28,124 nucleotides of DNA from Pseudonocardiaceae bacterium (GCA_035712045.1 DASTBN010000213.1:1-28124); one strand, 5' to 3'. Positions 1 through 9,331 are shown, numbered from the stretch's first letter. Numbers and translations: made by a program. Notes: generated from the sequence alone by a model not told the origin.

Positions 1-90
1 GTGAGGTTGCGGGGCAGTCTGGAAGCGACGCCTGGAAGGCTGGGCCCGCAGCCACTGCGCCAGCTCATCTGGTCGGGGATCTGTGGGTGA
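1..90 (+). CDS. 3' end of an upstream gene (partial, product unknown)
   Basis: Frame 1 is open from base 1 to TGA at 88-90. That stop overlaps the GTG start (87-89) of the next gene (GTGA), typical of operon coupling. Confidence 0.4.
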   Translation: MRLRGSLEATPGRLGPQPLRQLIWSGICG

Positions 91-1388
91 GCAAGCGCGC
101 GAGGCGTGGCGTTTTCTGGATGGTGGCGTGTGCGGCCGTGCTGGTCATCGCGGCGTGCGGCGGCGGAATCAGCGGCGCGGGTCCGGGGTTCGCGCCACGC
201 GATCAGGTTTCGATTAGAGGCCAGGAGATCAACGTCTTGCTGCCCTATCAGATACCCGAGCCGCTCTTGGCCGATTTTACGCGCCAGACTGGCGTGAAAG
301 TGAGCCTCAACATCACTGGCTGGGACGCGGTGCGCGCCAAGCTGATCGTCGCTAACACGGCGAAGACCTATATCGCCGACGTGACGGAGTTCGATTGGTC
401 TTTCACCGGTCAGTTCGCTGCCGCCAGGTGGTATGAGCCGCTGGAGAAGGTGCTCGATCCGGCCCTGGTGCAGGATCTTTCTCAGGCTGATGCGGCTTTC
501 AACGCAGGTGGCCACACTTACGCGGCGTGTTACTCAAATGACTATCGCCTGTCGTTGTACAACACCAAGATGTTCGCGGCCGCCGGCCTTGGCGAGTTCC
601 CCAAGACGTTCGCCGAGCTTGGTCTGGCAGTGGCCAAACTGAAGGTCTCGGGTGTGCGCTATCCGCTGGGCATACCAATGGCCGCTACGGAGGGCGGCGT
701 CACGCCGTGGTACCTGCTCACCGTGGCGATGGGTGGCCAGCTGTTCGACCACGACTTCAAGCCACTATTCGCTGGCCCTGGCTCGGCTGGCTTTCGGGCC
801 CTGCAGTTCGAAGTTGATGCCATGCGCAACGGCTGGGCGTCCCCGGGCAGTGTCACGTTGGACAACGCAGCGGCCTTCGACCAGTTCGCCGCTGGTTCCA
901 GCGCGATCCTGTTCGCCTCCAGCCCCGGTAACCTGTCGACCGCCAACAACCCGAGGCTGTCAAGCATCGCCCCCGACGCGAAGGCCGCCCTCATCCCGGG
1001 CGTCCAGGGTCCCGGCCCCACGTTTGGGCTGCCGGAGGGCCTGGCGATCCCAGTGACGGCTAAACATAAAGACGCAGCCCGGACGTTCATCGAGTGGTGG
1101 ATGCGGCCCACTACCCTCCGCCTGCTGTACAAGCAGGCGGGCATGCTGCCTTGCCGCGGCTCGCTGGTCGCAGCCATGGCCCGCAGCGGTGAACTCGACG
1201 GTGGTCTGGTCTTAAGCGACGAGCTAGCTCATGTTGTGCCGCTGTTCCCGCAAGGCGCGCCGAAATGGTATGGCCAGTTCAGTTCCACCGCCCAGGGCCT
1301 GCTGAATGCCGCCGTGAAGGGCGATATGAGCGTCGAGGCAGCGCTGAAGCAGCTCGCCGCCAAGGCCACGGAGCTGGCCGGTTCGTAG
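87..1388 (+). CDS. Carbohydrate ABC transporter substrate-binding lipoprotein (SBP family 1-like)
   Basis: Signal peptide with lipobox LVIAA-C24, an SBP_bac_1-like body (FIEWWMRP near the C-terminus), and position at the head of a permease-permease-ATPase operon. Confidence 0.92.
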   Translation: MSKRARRGVFWMVACAAVLVIAACGGGISGAGPGFAPRDQVSIRGQEINVLLPYQIPEPLLADFTRQTGVKVSLNITGWDAVRAKLIVANTAKTYIADVTEFDWSFTGQFAAARWYEPLEKVLDPALVQDLSQADAAFNAGGHTYAACYSNDYRLSLYNTKMFAAAGLGEFPKTFAELGLAVAKLKVSGVRYPLGIPMAATEGGVTPWYLLTVAMGGQLFDHDFKPLFAGPGSAGFRALQFEVDAMRNGWASPGSVTLDNAAAFDQFAAGSSAILFASSPGNLSTANNPRLSSIAPDAKAALIPGVQGPGPTFGLPEGLAIPVTAKHKDAARTFIEWWMRPTTLRLLYKQAGMLPCRGSLVAAMARSGELDGGLVLSDELAHVVPLFPQGAPKWYGQFSSTAQGLLNAAVKGDMSVEAALKQLAAKATELAGS

Positions 1389-1394
1389 GCAGCA

Positions 1395-2342
1395 ATGGGA
1401 TCGGACACTGCCCAGCGGGACGTTCGCCCCGGCGGAGCATCGCCGGGGCGAACCTCCCGCCGGGTTGACCCTGCCGCACGGGAAACGACGCGGCTGGGGA
1501 TGCTGATGGTGGCACCCGCGGTGATCGTTACCGCGGCGCTCGTTCTCTACCCGCTCATCGCAGGCTTTGTGACCAGCCTGCGCTCCGGGGACGTGGCGCT
1601 TGGCGAGCAATCGCGCTTTGTGGGTCTAGGCAACTACGGCGACGTTGTGAGCTCCTCGACTGTGCACGAGGCGGTTGCGCACACGCTTGTCTACGTGGTG
1701 CTCGCGGTGACACTCGAGCTCGCCTTGGGCTTGATCGTCGCCATAGCGCTACATCATGTCTTCCCGGGACGCGGCATCGTGCTGGCGATCCTGATCCTGC
1801 CCTGGGCATTACCGTCCGTGGTCAGCGGCGTGCTCTGGCGGCGGATGTTCGACCCTGATAGCGGGCTGCTCAACAGTGTGCTGATGCAGCTGCACCTGGT
1901 GAGCCACCCGCAGGTCTGGTTAGCCAGTCGCACATGGGCGCTGGCATTCATCACGCTGGTACACGTCTGGAGCGTCTTACCGCTGGTCAGCCTCGTCCTC
2001 ATCGCGGGGCTCCAGAACATCCCCGACGACGTCTACAGCGCCTCGGCGGTTGATGGCGCAACACCGTTGCGGCAGTTCCGCCACATCACTCTGCCGCTGC
2101 TGCGGCCCTCGATCGCGGTCGCGTTGACCATCGGCACAGTCTGGGCGATCAAGATTTTCGACGAGATCTACGTGCTCAATGGCACCGCGCTCAACACCCG
2201 CTCAATCGTCATGGAGGTCTATACCACCACATTTGTCAACGCCGACTTCCCTCATGGCACGGCGCTGGCGTTCCTACTCACCGGTATCACCGCGGTGTTG
2301 GCGGCGGGCTATGCGCTCGCCTTCGGGAGGTCGAGGACATGA
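1395..2342 (+). CDS. Carbohydrate ABC transporter permease (MalF/UgpA-like)
   Basis: Multiple TM segments, FVGLGNY motif, EAA loop YSASAVDGATPLRQFRHITLPLL. Confidence 0.95.
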   Translation: MGSDTAQRDVRPGGASPGRTSRRVDPAARETTRLGMLMVAPAVIVTAALVLYPLIAGFVTSLRSGDVALGEQSRFVGLGNYGDVVSSSTVHEAVAHTLVYVVLAVTLELALGLIVAIALHHVFPGRGIVLAILILPWALPSVVSGVLWRRMFDPDSGLLNSVLMQLHLVSHPQVWLASRTWALAFITLVHVWSVLPLVSLVLIAGLQNIPDDVYSASAVDGATPLRQFRHITLPLLRPSIAVALTIGTVWAIKIFDEIYVLNGTALNTRSIVMEVYTTTFVNADFPHGTALAFLLTGITAVLAAGYALAFGRSRT

Positions 2343-3199
2343 CGCGTTTCCGCGCTGCGCGATTCGTGCGGACCGTGGCGATCGCCGCGATCATCCTGTG
2401 GTCGCTTGCGCCGATCGCGCTGGGCGTGGTCACCAGCGTCTCGACGCAGGCCGACGTGCGGGCGATCCCGCTCCACTGGCTGCCCGATCATGTGACGATG
2501 GATCCCTACCGTGGGCTGCTCGGCGGTACCGCTGATATCCGCGCTGGCGGCACCGTCTCGGAGACCGGTGCCTTCGCCCAGGCGATGTGGAACAGCGCCT
2601 CGATCACGCTGATCTCGACGCTGGCAATCCTGTGTGTTGCGATCAGCGCGGGCTACGCGTTCGCCCGGCTGCGCTTCCCCGGCCGCAACGTGCTGTTTTG
2701 GGTGGTCGTCGCCACGGCCATCATTCCAGTGTTCACCCTCGTCATCGCACTGTTCCAGCTCCTGGCTGAGGCTGGCCTGATCGACCGCAAGCTCGGGCTG
2801 GTGCTGGTGTTCGTCAGCACGAGCACCCCGCTGGCGATGTGGCTGGTGCACAATCACGTCAAAGAGCTACCGACCGAACCGGAGGAGGCGGCCCTTCTCG
2901 ATGGCTGCACGCGCTGGCAAGCCTTCTGGCATGTCGTGCTACCCCAGATGCGATCGAGCATCGCCGCGCTCAGCGCAATCCTTGTGCTGTCAGTCTGGGG
3001 TGAGTTCCTCATTCCGTTGCTCTTGACCTCCACCAGCGCGAGCAAGCCCGTGGCGGTGCTCATCCCAGAATATGTTGGCAAGTACACGACGAACTACCCA
3101 CTGCTAGCGGCGGCGGGGGTGCTCGCGCTCCTGCCGCCCGCCGTCGTGGCTCTTGTCTTGAATCGCCATATTCGGGGGATGCTTAGTGGATCGTCCTAA
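2339..3199 (+). CDS. Carbohydrate ABC transporter permease (MalG/UgpE-like)
   Basis: AGYAFARLRFPGR motif, EAA loop EEAALLDGCTRWQAFWHVVLP, ATGA overlap with the previous gene. Confidence 0.95.
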   Translation: MTRFRAARFVRTVAIAAIILWSLAPIALGVVTSVSTQADVRAIPLHWLPDHVTMDPYRGLLGGTADIRAGGTVSETGAFAQAMWNSASITLISTLAILCVAISAGYAFARLRFPGRNVLFWVVVATAIIPVFTLVIALFQLLAEAGLIDRKLGLVLVFVSTSTPLAMWLVHNHVKELPTEPEEAALLDGCTRWQAFWHVVLPQMRSSIAALSAILVLSVWGEFLIPLLLTSTSASKPVAVLIPEYVGKYTTNYPLLAAAGVLALLPPAVVALVLNRHIRGMLSGSS

Positions 3200-4328
3200 C
3201 GCCGCCTCCACAAACGGAATCGTCCTCGAACGCGTCCGCAAGGAATTCCCCGGCGGGATCGTCGCGGTGCGCGACATCAGTCTGGAGGTCCACCCCAGCG
3301 AGCTCCTCGTCCTGGTGGGCCCGTCGGGCTGCGGGAAAACCACCACACTGCGCATGATCGCAGGACTCGAGGCGGTCACCGCCGGCGAGATCCGCATCGC
3401 CGGCCGCCTGGTGACCAATCTGCCGCCGCGGCATCGCAACGTGGCGATGATCTTCCAGAACTACGCTCTGTATGCGCACATGAACGTGCGGGCGAACATG
3501 GGTTTCGGGCTGAAAATGGCCGGCATGCCCAAACGCGAGATCCGCGCGCGAGTCGACCAGGCGGCCGGCATCCTCGGCCTGACCGACCTGCTAGACCGCA
3601 AGCCGCGTCAGCTGTCCGGCGGCCAGCGTCAACGCGTGGCCATGGGCCGAGCCATCGTCCGCGAACCCACGGCGTTCCTGATGGACGAACCACTGTCGAA
3701 CCTCGACGCGAAACTCCGTCTGGAGATGCGCGCTGAGATCGCCACCATCCACCGGCGCATCGGCGCACCCACCCTGTATGTCACCCACGACCAGACCGAA
3801 GCCATGACCATGGGTGACCGGGTCGCCATCCTTCGCGACGGAGCCCTCGAGCAGATTGGCACCCCCCTAGAGCTATACGAACAGCCCGCTAACGTGTTCG
3901 TCGCCGAATTTATTGGCTCGCCGGGGATGAACCTCCTGCCGGCGAAGCTTGACATCGACACCTTCGATGACGCCTGGTACGCCCGCCTCGGCGACTCCCG
4001 GCTACTGATTCCCCCGAAGGCCCGTGCCGCACTGCGGCCCTTCGCCGGTCACAGCGTGGTCCTTGGGCTTCGCCCGGAGGACTTCATGCCCAGCGAGCAC
4101 CTGCGCGACAGCCAGTCCCGAATCATCCAGGCAACAGTGACGCGAACCGAGTCGCTGGGCAGCGAATCGCTCGCCTACTTGTCGATAAACGGAATCGCCA
4201 ACTCGCAGCCGCTCCTGGCACGCCTGGATCGCCGCACCACGATCCAGAAGGACACACCCATCCTGATCGGCGTGGACATTGACCGACTGTATTTCTTCGA
4301 CCCCACAAACGGCACTACTCTCAAATGA
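3186..4328 (+). CDS. Carbohydrate ABC transporter ATP-binding protein (MalK/UgpC family)
   Basis: Walker A GPSGCGKT, signature LSGGQ, Walker B FLMDEP, YVTHDQ, FVAEFIGSP, and a C-terminal TOBE-like region. Confidence 0.97.
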   Translation: MDRPNAASTNGIVLERVRKEFPGGIVAVRDISLEVHPSELLVLVGPSGCGKTTTLRMIAGLEAVTAGEIRIAGRLVTNLPPRHRNVAMIFQNYALYAHMNVRANMGFGLKMAGMPKREIRARVDQAAGILGLTDLLDRKPRQLSGGQRQRVAMGRAIVREPTAFLMDEPLSNLDAKLRLEMRAEIATIHRRIGAPTLYVTHDQTEAMTMGDRVAILRDGALEQIGTPLELYEQPANVFVAEFIGSPGMNLLPAKLDIDTFDDAWYARLGDSRLLIPPKARAALRPFAGHSVVLGLRPEDFMPSEHLRDSQSRIIQATVTRTESLGSESLAYLSINGIANSQPLLARLDRRTTIQKDTPILIGVDIDRLYFFDPTNGTTLK

Positions 4329-4555
4329 ACACCCGGCGTAACCCTCGCGCGATGGCTAGGTCGCGGGCAGTGGCTCCGGCACGGTAGGCGCAGGCCATGG
4401 CTTGGATCATGTCGTCGGAGAGCCGTTCGTGAAGGCTCCACGGTGTCGCGGTGATCAATTCGATCCCCTGGCTACCGGTTCCGTGCGGCCGCGAGAACGC
4501 AAATATACCGGTCAGCGGCTTGCGTGGAGTGCGAGTAAGCGGTGAGTATCTCCAC
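4321..4555 (-). pseudogene. Degenerate small HTH-like ORF of the repeated att-like element (copy A)
   Basis: Minus strand reads VEILTAYSHSTQAAD...stop, then after a frameshift PWSLHERLSDDMIQAMACAYRAGATARDLA. This is homologous to copies B and C (PWSLRERLDEREIDELITA / PWSQRGRLDEREITELITAYRNSATAAFLA). Confidence 0.7.
4510..4555 (-). repeat. 46-bp att-like core, copy A
   Basis: ggtcagcggcttgcgtggagtgcgagtaagcggtgagtatctccac matches 15049-15094 at 43 of 46 positions and contains an internal GTGGAG/CTCCAC inverted repeat. Confidence 0.9.
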
Positions 4556-4667
4556 GGCCGAGTGTCTAGGCCTCTGACCTGGGTATCTCTGATTCTTAGG
4601 TGTGCTAGTAGGGTGGTGTAGGTCGTCTCGTCGCCGGCCTACGGCATTTCGTTTCGTTCACCACAAA

Positions 4668-4772
4668 CGGATCGCGCGTCGCCCGGTTCTGGGTGGCTTG
4701 ATCAACGAGTACGAACGAGCGGCGTAAAGCCGCTGCTCGGCAGGAGGTGACCGACTTCCGGAACCCCACAGG
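4668..4772 (+). mobile_element. 3' end and right terminus of an actinobacterial integrase-core (rve-type) IS transposase
   Basis: Reads RIARRPVLGGLINEYERAA* (4668-4727), a C-terminal motif I recognise from this transposase family, followed by a terminal-looking sequence ...ttccggaaccccacagg. Confidence 0.7.
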
Positions 4773-4996
4773 CCGATGATTTGGGTACCGCCGCGGCAGG
4801 ACAGCGTGCGCTGGGCCCGGGCGGGTCGTTGGTCGATCAGCGGAGCAGGGTCTGGCGGGCGAGCGCCTTGGAGGCGGGCGCGTTGGGCCGGGGTCAGAGT
4901 TAGCGGGATGGTGCGGGTTAAGACCCCGTCGATGATGACGTGGGCGACGGTGGTTTCCAGGCGCGGGGTGATGCGCCGCCCGGCGAATCGCTGGTC
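4772..4996 (-). mobile_element. Internal C-terminal fragment of an IS481-like transposase
   Basis: An unlisted minus frame reads QRFAGRRITPRLETTVAHVIIDGVLTRTIPLTLTPAQRARLQGAR...QRTLSCRGGTQIIG, resembling the C-terminal region of actinobacterial IS481-family transposases. It breaks off at the neighbouring IS end. Confidence 0.65.
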
Positions 4997-6011
4997 AGAA
5001 ATTCCCGCCGATGTCCAGCACCGGCTTGGTGGCGGTGCGGACCCCGCCGTCGGCGTCGGCCACAGCCGTCGCGATGTCGGAGGGCTTGTACCGGACTATC
5101 GCCGGCAACCGCAACGCCCCTGAGCTGAGCCGATCAAGCACCGTCGAGACAACGGTGACGGATTCGGCCAGAGGTGTGGTCTCGAGCCAGTGGAACAAGA
5201 ACCAGCCTTCGACTCGGGTGCTGCGGTAGATCATCGTCGGTGCGACGAGCGGCATCTCGAACGCCGACCGGTCGCTCTGCCGGTGTGAGGACAGCGCGCC
5301 GAACACAAGCAGCCGGCCTCCCGGGGCGAGCGTCTCAGCGAGCGTGGCGCCGACTCGCCCGGCGACGCAGTCGATCGCTTTGCGCGGGCCGCCGCGGGTC
5401 GCCTCGATCAGTTGCCCGGCCCAGTCCTGGTCCGTGGTGCACAACGTGATATCCGCGCCGAGCGCGGCGAGTTCGTCGATCTGGGCGCGTCGACGGACAA
5501 GGTTCACTGTGCGGAACCCCTCCGAGCGGGCGAGTTGCAGTATCAGCCGGCCGACGGTCGAGCCAGCCGCGGTTTGGGTGAGGAGTTCACCTGGCGCGAG
5601 GCGATGCTCGCCAACGGTGAGCATCCACGCCGCCACCGGATTGACGATGGCTTGTGCGGCGTCGTCGTCGCTCACCCCGTGGGGCACGACGACGAGCTGG
5701 CCGGCTGGGCACACGACCCGCTGCCGCCAGGTGCCGATGACGTTCAGCAGTACGACCCGGGTTCCGGGCACCGGCCCGCTCACGCCGGAACCAAGCTCCT
5801 CGACGACACCGACCGCCTCGATGCCGGGGCTGGCGGGTAGTCGCGGCTGGCGGCCGTAGCGGCCGCGGATGATATGCAGGTCCGAGGGGTGTACCGGGGC
5901 GAGCAGGATCCGGACCGCGACCTCTCCGGGTCCGGGCGCCGGATCGGGCAGCTCCCGCAGGCCGAGGACCCGCAATGGTTCGCCGTTGGTTTCGAACACA
6001 AAGGCTTTCAC
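4995..6011 (-). CDS. MDR-superfamily NAD(P)H-dependent oxidoreductase (zinc-ADH-like / enoyl or quinone reductase type)
   Basis: PVHPSD, PGIEAVGVV and TAAGSTVG nucleotide-binding motifs, with no catalytic Zn cysteines. Start moved to GTG 6011 (MKAFVFETNGEP), which is preceded by ACAGGAAAC. Confidence 0.9.
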   Translation of the reverse strand: MKAFVFETNGEPLRVLGLRELPDPAPGPGEVAVRILLAPVHPSDLHIIRGRYGRQPRLPASPGIEAVGVVEELGSGVSGPVPGTRVVLLNVIGTWRQRVVCPAGQLVVVPHGVSDDDAAQAIVNPVAAWMLTVGEHRLAPGELLTQTAAGSTVGRLILQLARSEGFRTVNLVRRRAQIDELAALGADITLCTTDQDWAGQLIEATRGGPRKAIDCVAGRVGATLAETLAPGGRLLVFGALSSHRQSDRSAFEMPLVAPTMIYRSTRVEGWFLFHWLETTPLAESVTVVSTVLDRLSSGALRLPAIVRYKPSDIATAVADADGGVRTATKPVLDIGGNF

Positions 6012-6143
6012 GATGTTTCCTGTGGGATCGGCTGGTGGCGTGAACGACGTGCTCAGACGCCCTCGACGGGGCGCGTGTCGCGCTCTGCGCCACCGTCCAC
6101 AACGGCCAGCGTCGATACGCATCGCTGTCTTACGCGGGCCACC

Positions 6144-6300
6144 GAGGAATTGTCAAGACCTGTGGATGAAGATCTTTTAGGTGGCGCCCGCAGCGACGGG
6201 CTGGCCGTCGGGGCGTTCGACCAGCTCCGGCCGGGCACCCTCGCGCACGATCTCATCGATCAACGACGACGAACCAGCGGTGGAGGCAACAATGCTGAGT
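6144..6300 (-). mobile_element. Internally deleted IS256-family remnant
   Basis: Minus strand reads LSIVASTAGSSSLIDEIVREGAR (IS256-type N-terminus) joined directly to ELVERPDGQPVAAGAT* (C-terminus), then a terminal-IR-like AAGATCTTCATCCACAGGTCTTGACAATTCCTC. Confidence 0.75.
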
Positions 6301-6690
6301 CCCTGCTACATGGCGGGTCAAGCACTACATCATCACCAGAAACAGCTATGGGCTGGCGCCGATGAGTCCTCACTTCAGGCATCGGCCGATGAGGTGAACG
6401 CTCAGACCGACACTCACTGCCGAGCAGCACAAGCAGAACAGGGCGATCATTGCCGAAGCTCGCGCACGGCTGCTCGGCAGCGCCAGGAAGGACATGGCGC
6501 GGCCTCGGTGGGTGCTGAGGCCAGGGCAACGAAGGGCCCACACAGCGGCGCGGCGCGGAGTCTCGTGCGAATCCGAACAGGATCCTTGATGACGGCGAGT
6601 TTGCCGCACTGGACTACGACGCGGGGTCTCCAGACGGGTCGGCAAGCCGCTGACTGCGCCTATACTCGCCGAAGCCAGCAGGTTGACACA

Positions 6691-6737
6691 GGTCAGCGGC
6701 TCGCATGGATGTGCGAGTACGCGGCACCACACCCCAC
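6691..6737 (-). repeat. att-like core, degenerate copy D
   Basis: Minus strand GTGGGGTGTGGTGCCGCG-TACTCGCAC-ATCCATG-CGAGCCGCTGACC has the same GTGG-N14-TACTCGCAC spacing and downstream GCCGCTGACC as copies A and C. Confidence 0.75.
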
Positions 6738-6910
6738 TCACACGCGCGGCGGTGTCCGCTTATGCCGATGAGAGCGCGCGGGGGAACCGTCTGTGTTCCC
6801 GGAGCGGGCCTGGGTTGAACGTGGGTGTTTGGCGCGTGAGTGTTGCGGCAGTGCTGTCGCAGCGGCGGGTGGGTTGCCGGCATGGGTGTCATTGGGCCGG
6901 ATCTTCTCGG

Positions 6911-8272
6911 TCAGGCATAGCTGAATAGCGGGGGGAGGATCAGGACCACGATCCAGGCCCACGCGGCGTATACCGGCAGGTAGCCGGTCTGCCAGTGCTC
7001 AAGGGCCGCGAACGGGGTGTGCCGGCGGGTGAACCTCAGCAGTAGCCACGCCGACCAGGCGAGGTTGGCCAGCAGGATGATGTTCTCGCCGAGTGCTGCG
7101 GCCTTGTTGGGTGTCGTGCCGTATGCGGTGATGCGCCCGGTGATCTCCAGGAGTACCAGCATGTCAATGGCCAGCGCGCTGAGTACGAGGGCGAGCTGCG
7201 GTTGGTCGGGGAGGCCGGGCGGGGCCAGCGGGTCGCGGGCTGAGATCGAGTAGAGCAGCAACCCCAGCACCACGACCAGCAGGAGGTCGGACAGGATCAG
7301 TGCTTCGCGCTCGAGGTCGATGCCAGCGCTGGTCCAGATGATGGCGGCGAGGAAGGCCAGCAGGACCGCGGTGAACAGCCGGGTGAGTACCGGGGCGATG
7401 TTCCCGGCCACACTCTGTTTGGCTTCGACGAGCCAGGCGGCCACGATGGTCGCGGCCGCGGCGCCGCAGGGCAGCAGCCACTGTGTGATGAACTTCTCCG
7501 GGTCGATCCCGATGGCGTGGAAGGTGCCGGTCATGAACGCGACGAGGACACCGCCGCCGAGGGCGATGAGGACGAAGCAGACGAACCACTCGCCGGTGAA
7601 GCGGATGAAGTCCATGCGCCGGCGGGACGAGCGCCAGTCGCCGGCCACATAGGCCAGGCCCACCACGAGCCACAGGGCGATGGGGAGGTGGATGCTGGTG
7701 ATGACCACCGACTGCGACTTCTGGGCCAGGGGGTAGGCGTTGGCCGCCGCGGCGGCGAGCGCGAACAGCGCCACCAGTATCCCGATCAGCGGGCGGCGGG
7801 CCCCGCGGCGGCTGGCCAGGAAGGCCGCCAGCCAGGGCAGCGCGAACAGGCTGGCGTTAGGCCCGTAGAACGAGCCGTCCCGCTCCAGCCTCATCCCGAA
7901 CAGCTCCGGCACCGTGACCGACACCGCCGCGCCCGCCGCGCAGAGGACCATCGCGAGCAGCTCACGCCGCGACCGGGTGCCCGCCGCCGGGTCCTCGGTC
8001 TCGCCGGTCAGCACCAGTTGCTTCCACAGCCGTTCCGAATGCTCCCGGGCGAACTCGCGGGACAACTCCTCCAGGCCACCCATGCGTTTGACCGCGATCA
8101 GGAACGCCTCGTCGGCGCGCAGGCCGAGTGCGACGAGCTCGTCGACACAACCGCGGAGATGGTCTTCGAGTTCGTCGGCGTCGCAGGGCCGCAGCTCCCG
8201 GCGGCGCTGCAGGTAGTGACGCCACTGCGCGAACCGCGCCTCCAGCTCGTCGGGACCCTCTAGCGCGCTCAT
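6911..8272 (-). CDS. Permease prefix domain 1 (HAAS-like)-containing membrane protein
   Basis: N-terminal DELEDHLR...EAFLIAVKRMG motif followed by many TM helices. The ATG at 8272 (MSALEG) overlaps the PadR stop (ATGA). Confidence 0.85.
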   Translation of the reverse strand: MSALEGPDELEARFAQWRHYLQRRRELRPCDADELEDHLRGCVDELVALGLRADEAFLIAVKRMGGLEELSREFAREHSERLWKQLVLTGETEDPAAGTRSRRELLAMVLCAAGAAVSVTVPELFGMRLERDGSFYGPNASLFALPWLAAFLASRRGARRPLIGILVALFALAAAAANAYPLAQKSQSVVITSIHLPIALWLVVGLAYVAGDWRSSRRRMDFIRFTGEWFVCFVLIALGGGVLVAFMTGTFHAIGIDPEKFITQWLLPCGAAAATIVAAWLVEAKQSVAGNIAPVLTRLFTAVLLAFLAAIIWTSAGIDLEREALILSDLLLVVVLGLLLYSISARDPLAPPGLPDQPQLALVLSALAIDMLVLLEITGRITAYGTTPNKAAALGENIILLANLAWSAWLLLRFTRRHTPFAALEHWQTGYLPVYAAWAWIVVLILPPLFSYA

Positions 8273-8643
8273 GCCCTGCCCCCCAGCGGGATCGTCCTCA
8301 ACGGCCTGAGATCGCCGGGGCCGGGCCAGATCTCCTTGAGCGCATCCACGACCGTGTCCCACTGGCGGCGTTGCTCGGCAAGCTCAGCCAGGCCCTGGCC
8401 GGTGATGCGGTAGTACTTGCGCCGCCGCCCCCCCGTGACCGGCTGCCAGCTCGACTCGACATAGCCCAGGCGCTCAAGCCGGTGCAGCAACGGGTAGAGC
8501 AGTCCCTCGGTCCAGTCCAGCTCGCCACCGGAGAGCTCGTTGATCTGTCTGAGGATGGCGTAGCCGTAGCTTTGCCCCCCGGCCAGGATGCCGAGCACCA
8601 TCGGCGTCGCCGAGGCGGCCACCAGATCCTTGGCTACCTTCAC
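8269..8643 (-). CDS. PadR family transcriptional regulator
   Basis: SYGYAIL...GLLYPLLHRLE...RRKYYRIT winged-helix pattern, in the usual pairing with a permease-prefix membrane protein. Confidence 0.95.
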   Translation of the reverse strand: MKVAKDLVAASATPMVLGILAGGQSYGYAILRQINELSGGELDWTEGLLYPLLHRLERLGYVESSWQPVTGGRRRKYYRITGQGLAELAEQRRQWDTVVDALKEIWPGPGDLRPLRTIPLGGRA

Positions 8644-8825
8644 CTGACCTCACCCGTCCACACCCTAGAAGTACGATGCATAGTACTGCCAGGTATTTTC
8701 GGGCACAACGACCCGGTCACGCGTCCGTGCCGGCGGTATCCGCGATCCCGCCACGGCACAGACGCACTCTTCCGCCGCTGACCGCGCGCGACGAACGCCG
8801 GGCATGAGAAGGGGCTGCGGATGCG

Positions 8826-8975
8826 TCGCCGTCGCGGCAGGCGGTGATCAGCTCGTCGATCTCTCGCTCATCGAGGCGCTCGCGCAGGCTCCACGGGCGC
8901 CTCGTGCCCGGTCTCACGGCGCGTCCAGGGGTGGTGAGCGCCATGGTGTGGCAAAGCCGCAGGCCAGCGGCCTTG
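8826..8975 (-). pseudogene. Truncated small HTH-like ORF of the repeated element (copy B)
   Basis: 8831-8975 aligns along its length with 14917-15062 (shared ggcggtgatcagctc, cgctcatcgaggcgc, ggctccacgg, ccatggtg, aaagccgcagg). It translates ...LRLCHTMALTTPGRAVRPGTRRPWSLRERLDEREIDELITACRDG. Confidence 0.8.
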
Positions 8976-8976
8976 T

Positions 8977-9116
8977 ATGGTCGCCGAGGACCGCGAACTG
9001 CGGCTGTGTGGCTACGAGGTCTACCGCTTCGGCGGCGCTGAGCTCACCGATTCCCAGCCACTGGCAAGCGGCTCACCGCCTTCTTCGACTGGCTCGCCGA
9101 GCGCTACTTCGCCTGA
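8977..9116 (+). pseudogene. C-terminal remnant of an AbiJ-related / Vsr-like nuclease-domain protein
   Basis: MVAEDRELRLCGYEVYRFGGAEL, then after a frameshift GKRLTAFFDWLAERYFA*. This matches the C-terminal motif I recall from actinobacterial AbiJ_NTD3-containing proteins. Confidence 0.6.
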
Positions 9117-9331
9117 CTCCGCCGTTCAACCACATGCATGTTCGAAGTGCATGCGATGCCCGGAGTTGCGGCAGAGCTACTGAAGCTCTCTGCTCAACCC
9201 ACTACGTGAACAGGACCGCCGGCCGCTTCCGGTGTGACTTCTGGGGCGCGCGTGAACACCGGGCAAGAGCGGCGAGGATCGATGCGACGTGTGGTTGTTC
9301 CTCCCTGGGACCGACGGATGAGGTGACGGGG

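Noticed and set aside
6780-6905. Possible IS terminal region downstream of the membrane protein gene
   Set aside because: No terminal inverted repeat partner or transposase motif could be identified.
7517-8263. 248-aa plus-strand ORF
   Set aside because: Antisense shadow of the permease-prefix membrane gene, typical of high-GC codon bias.
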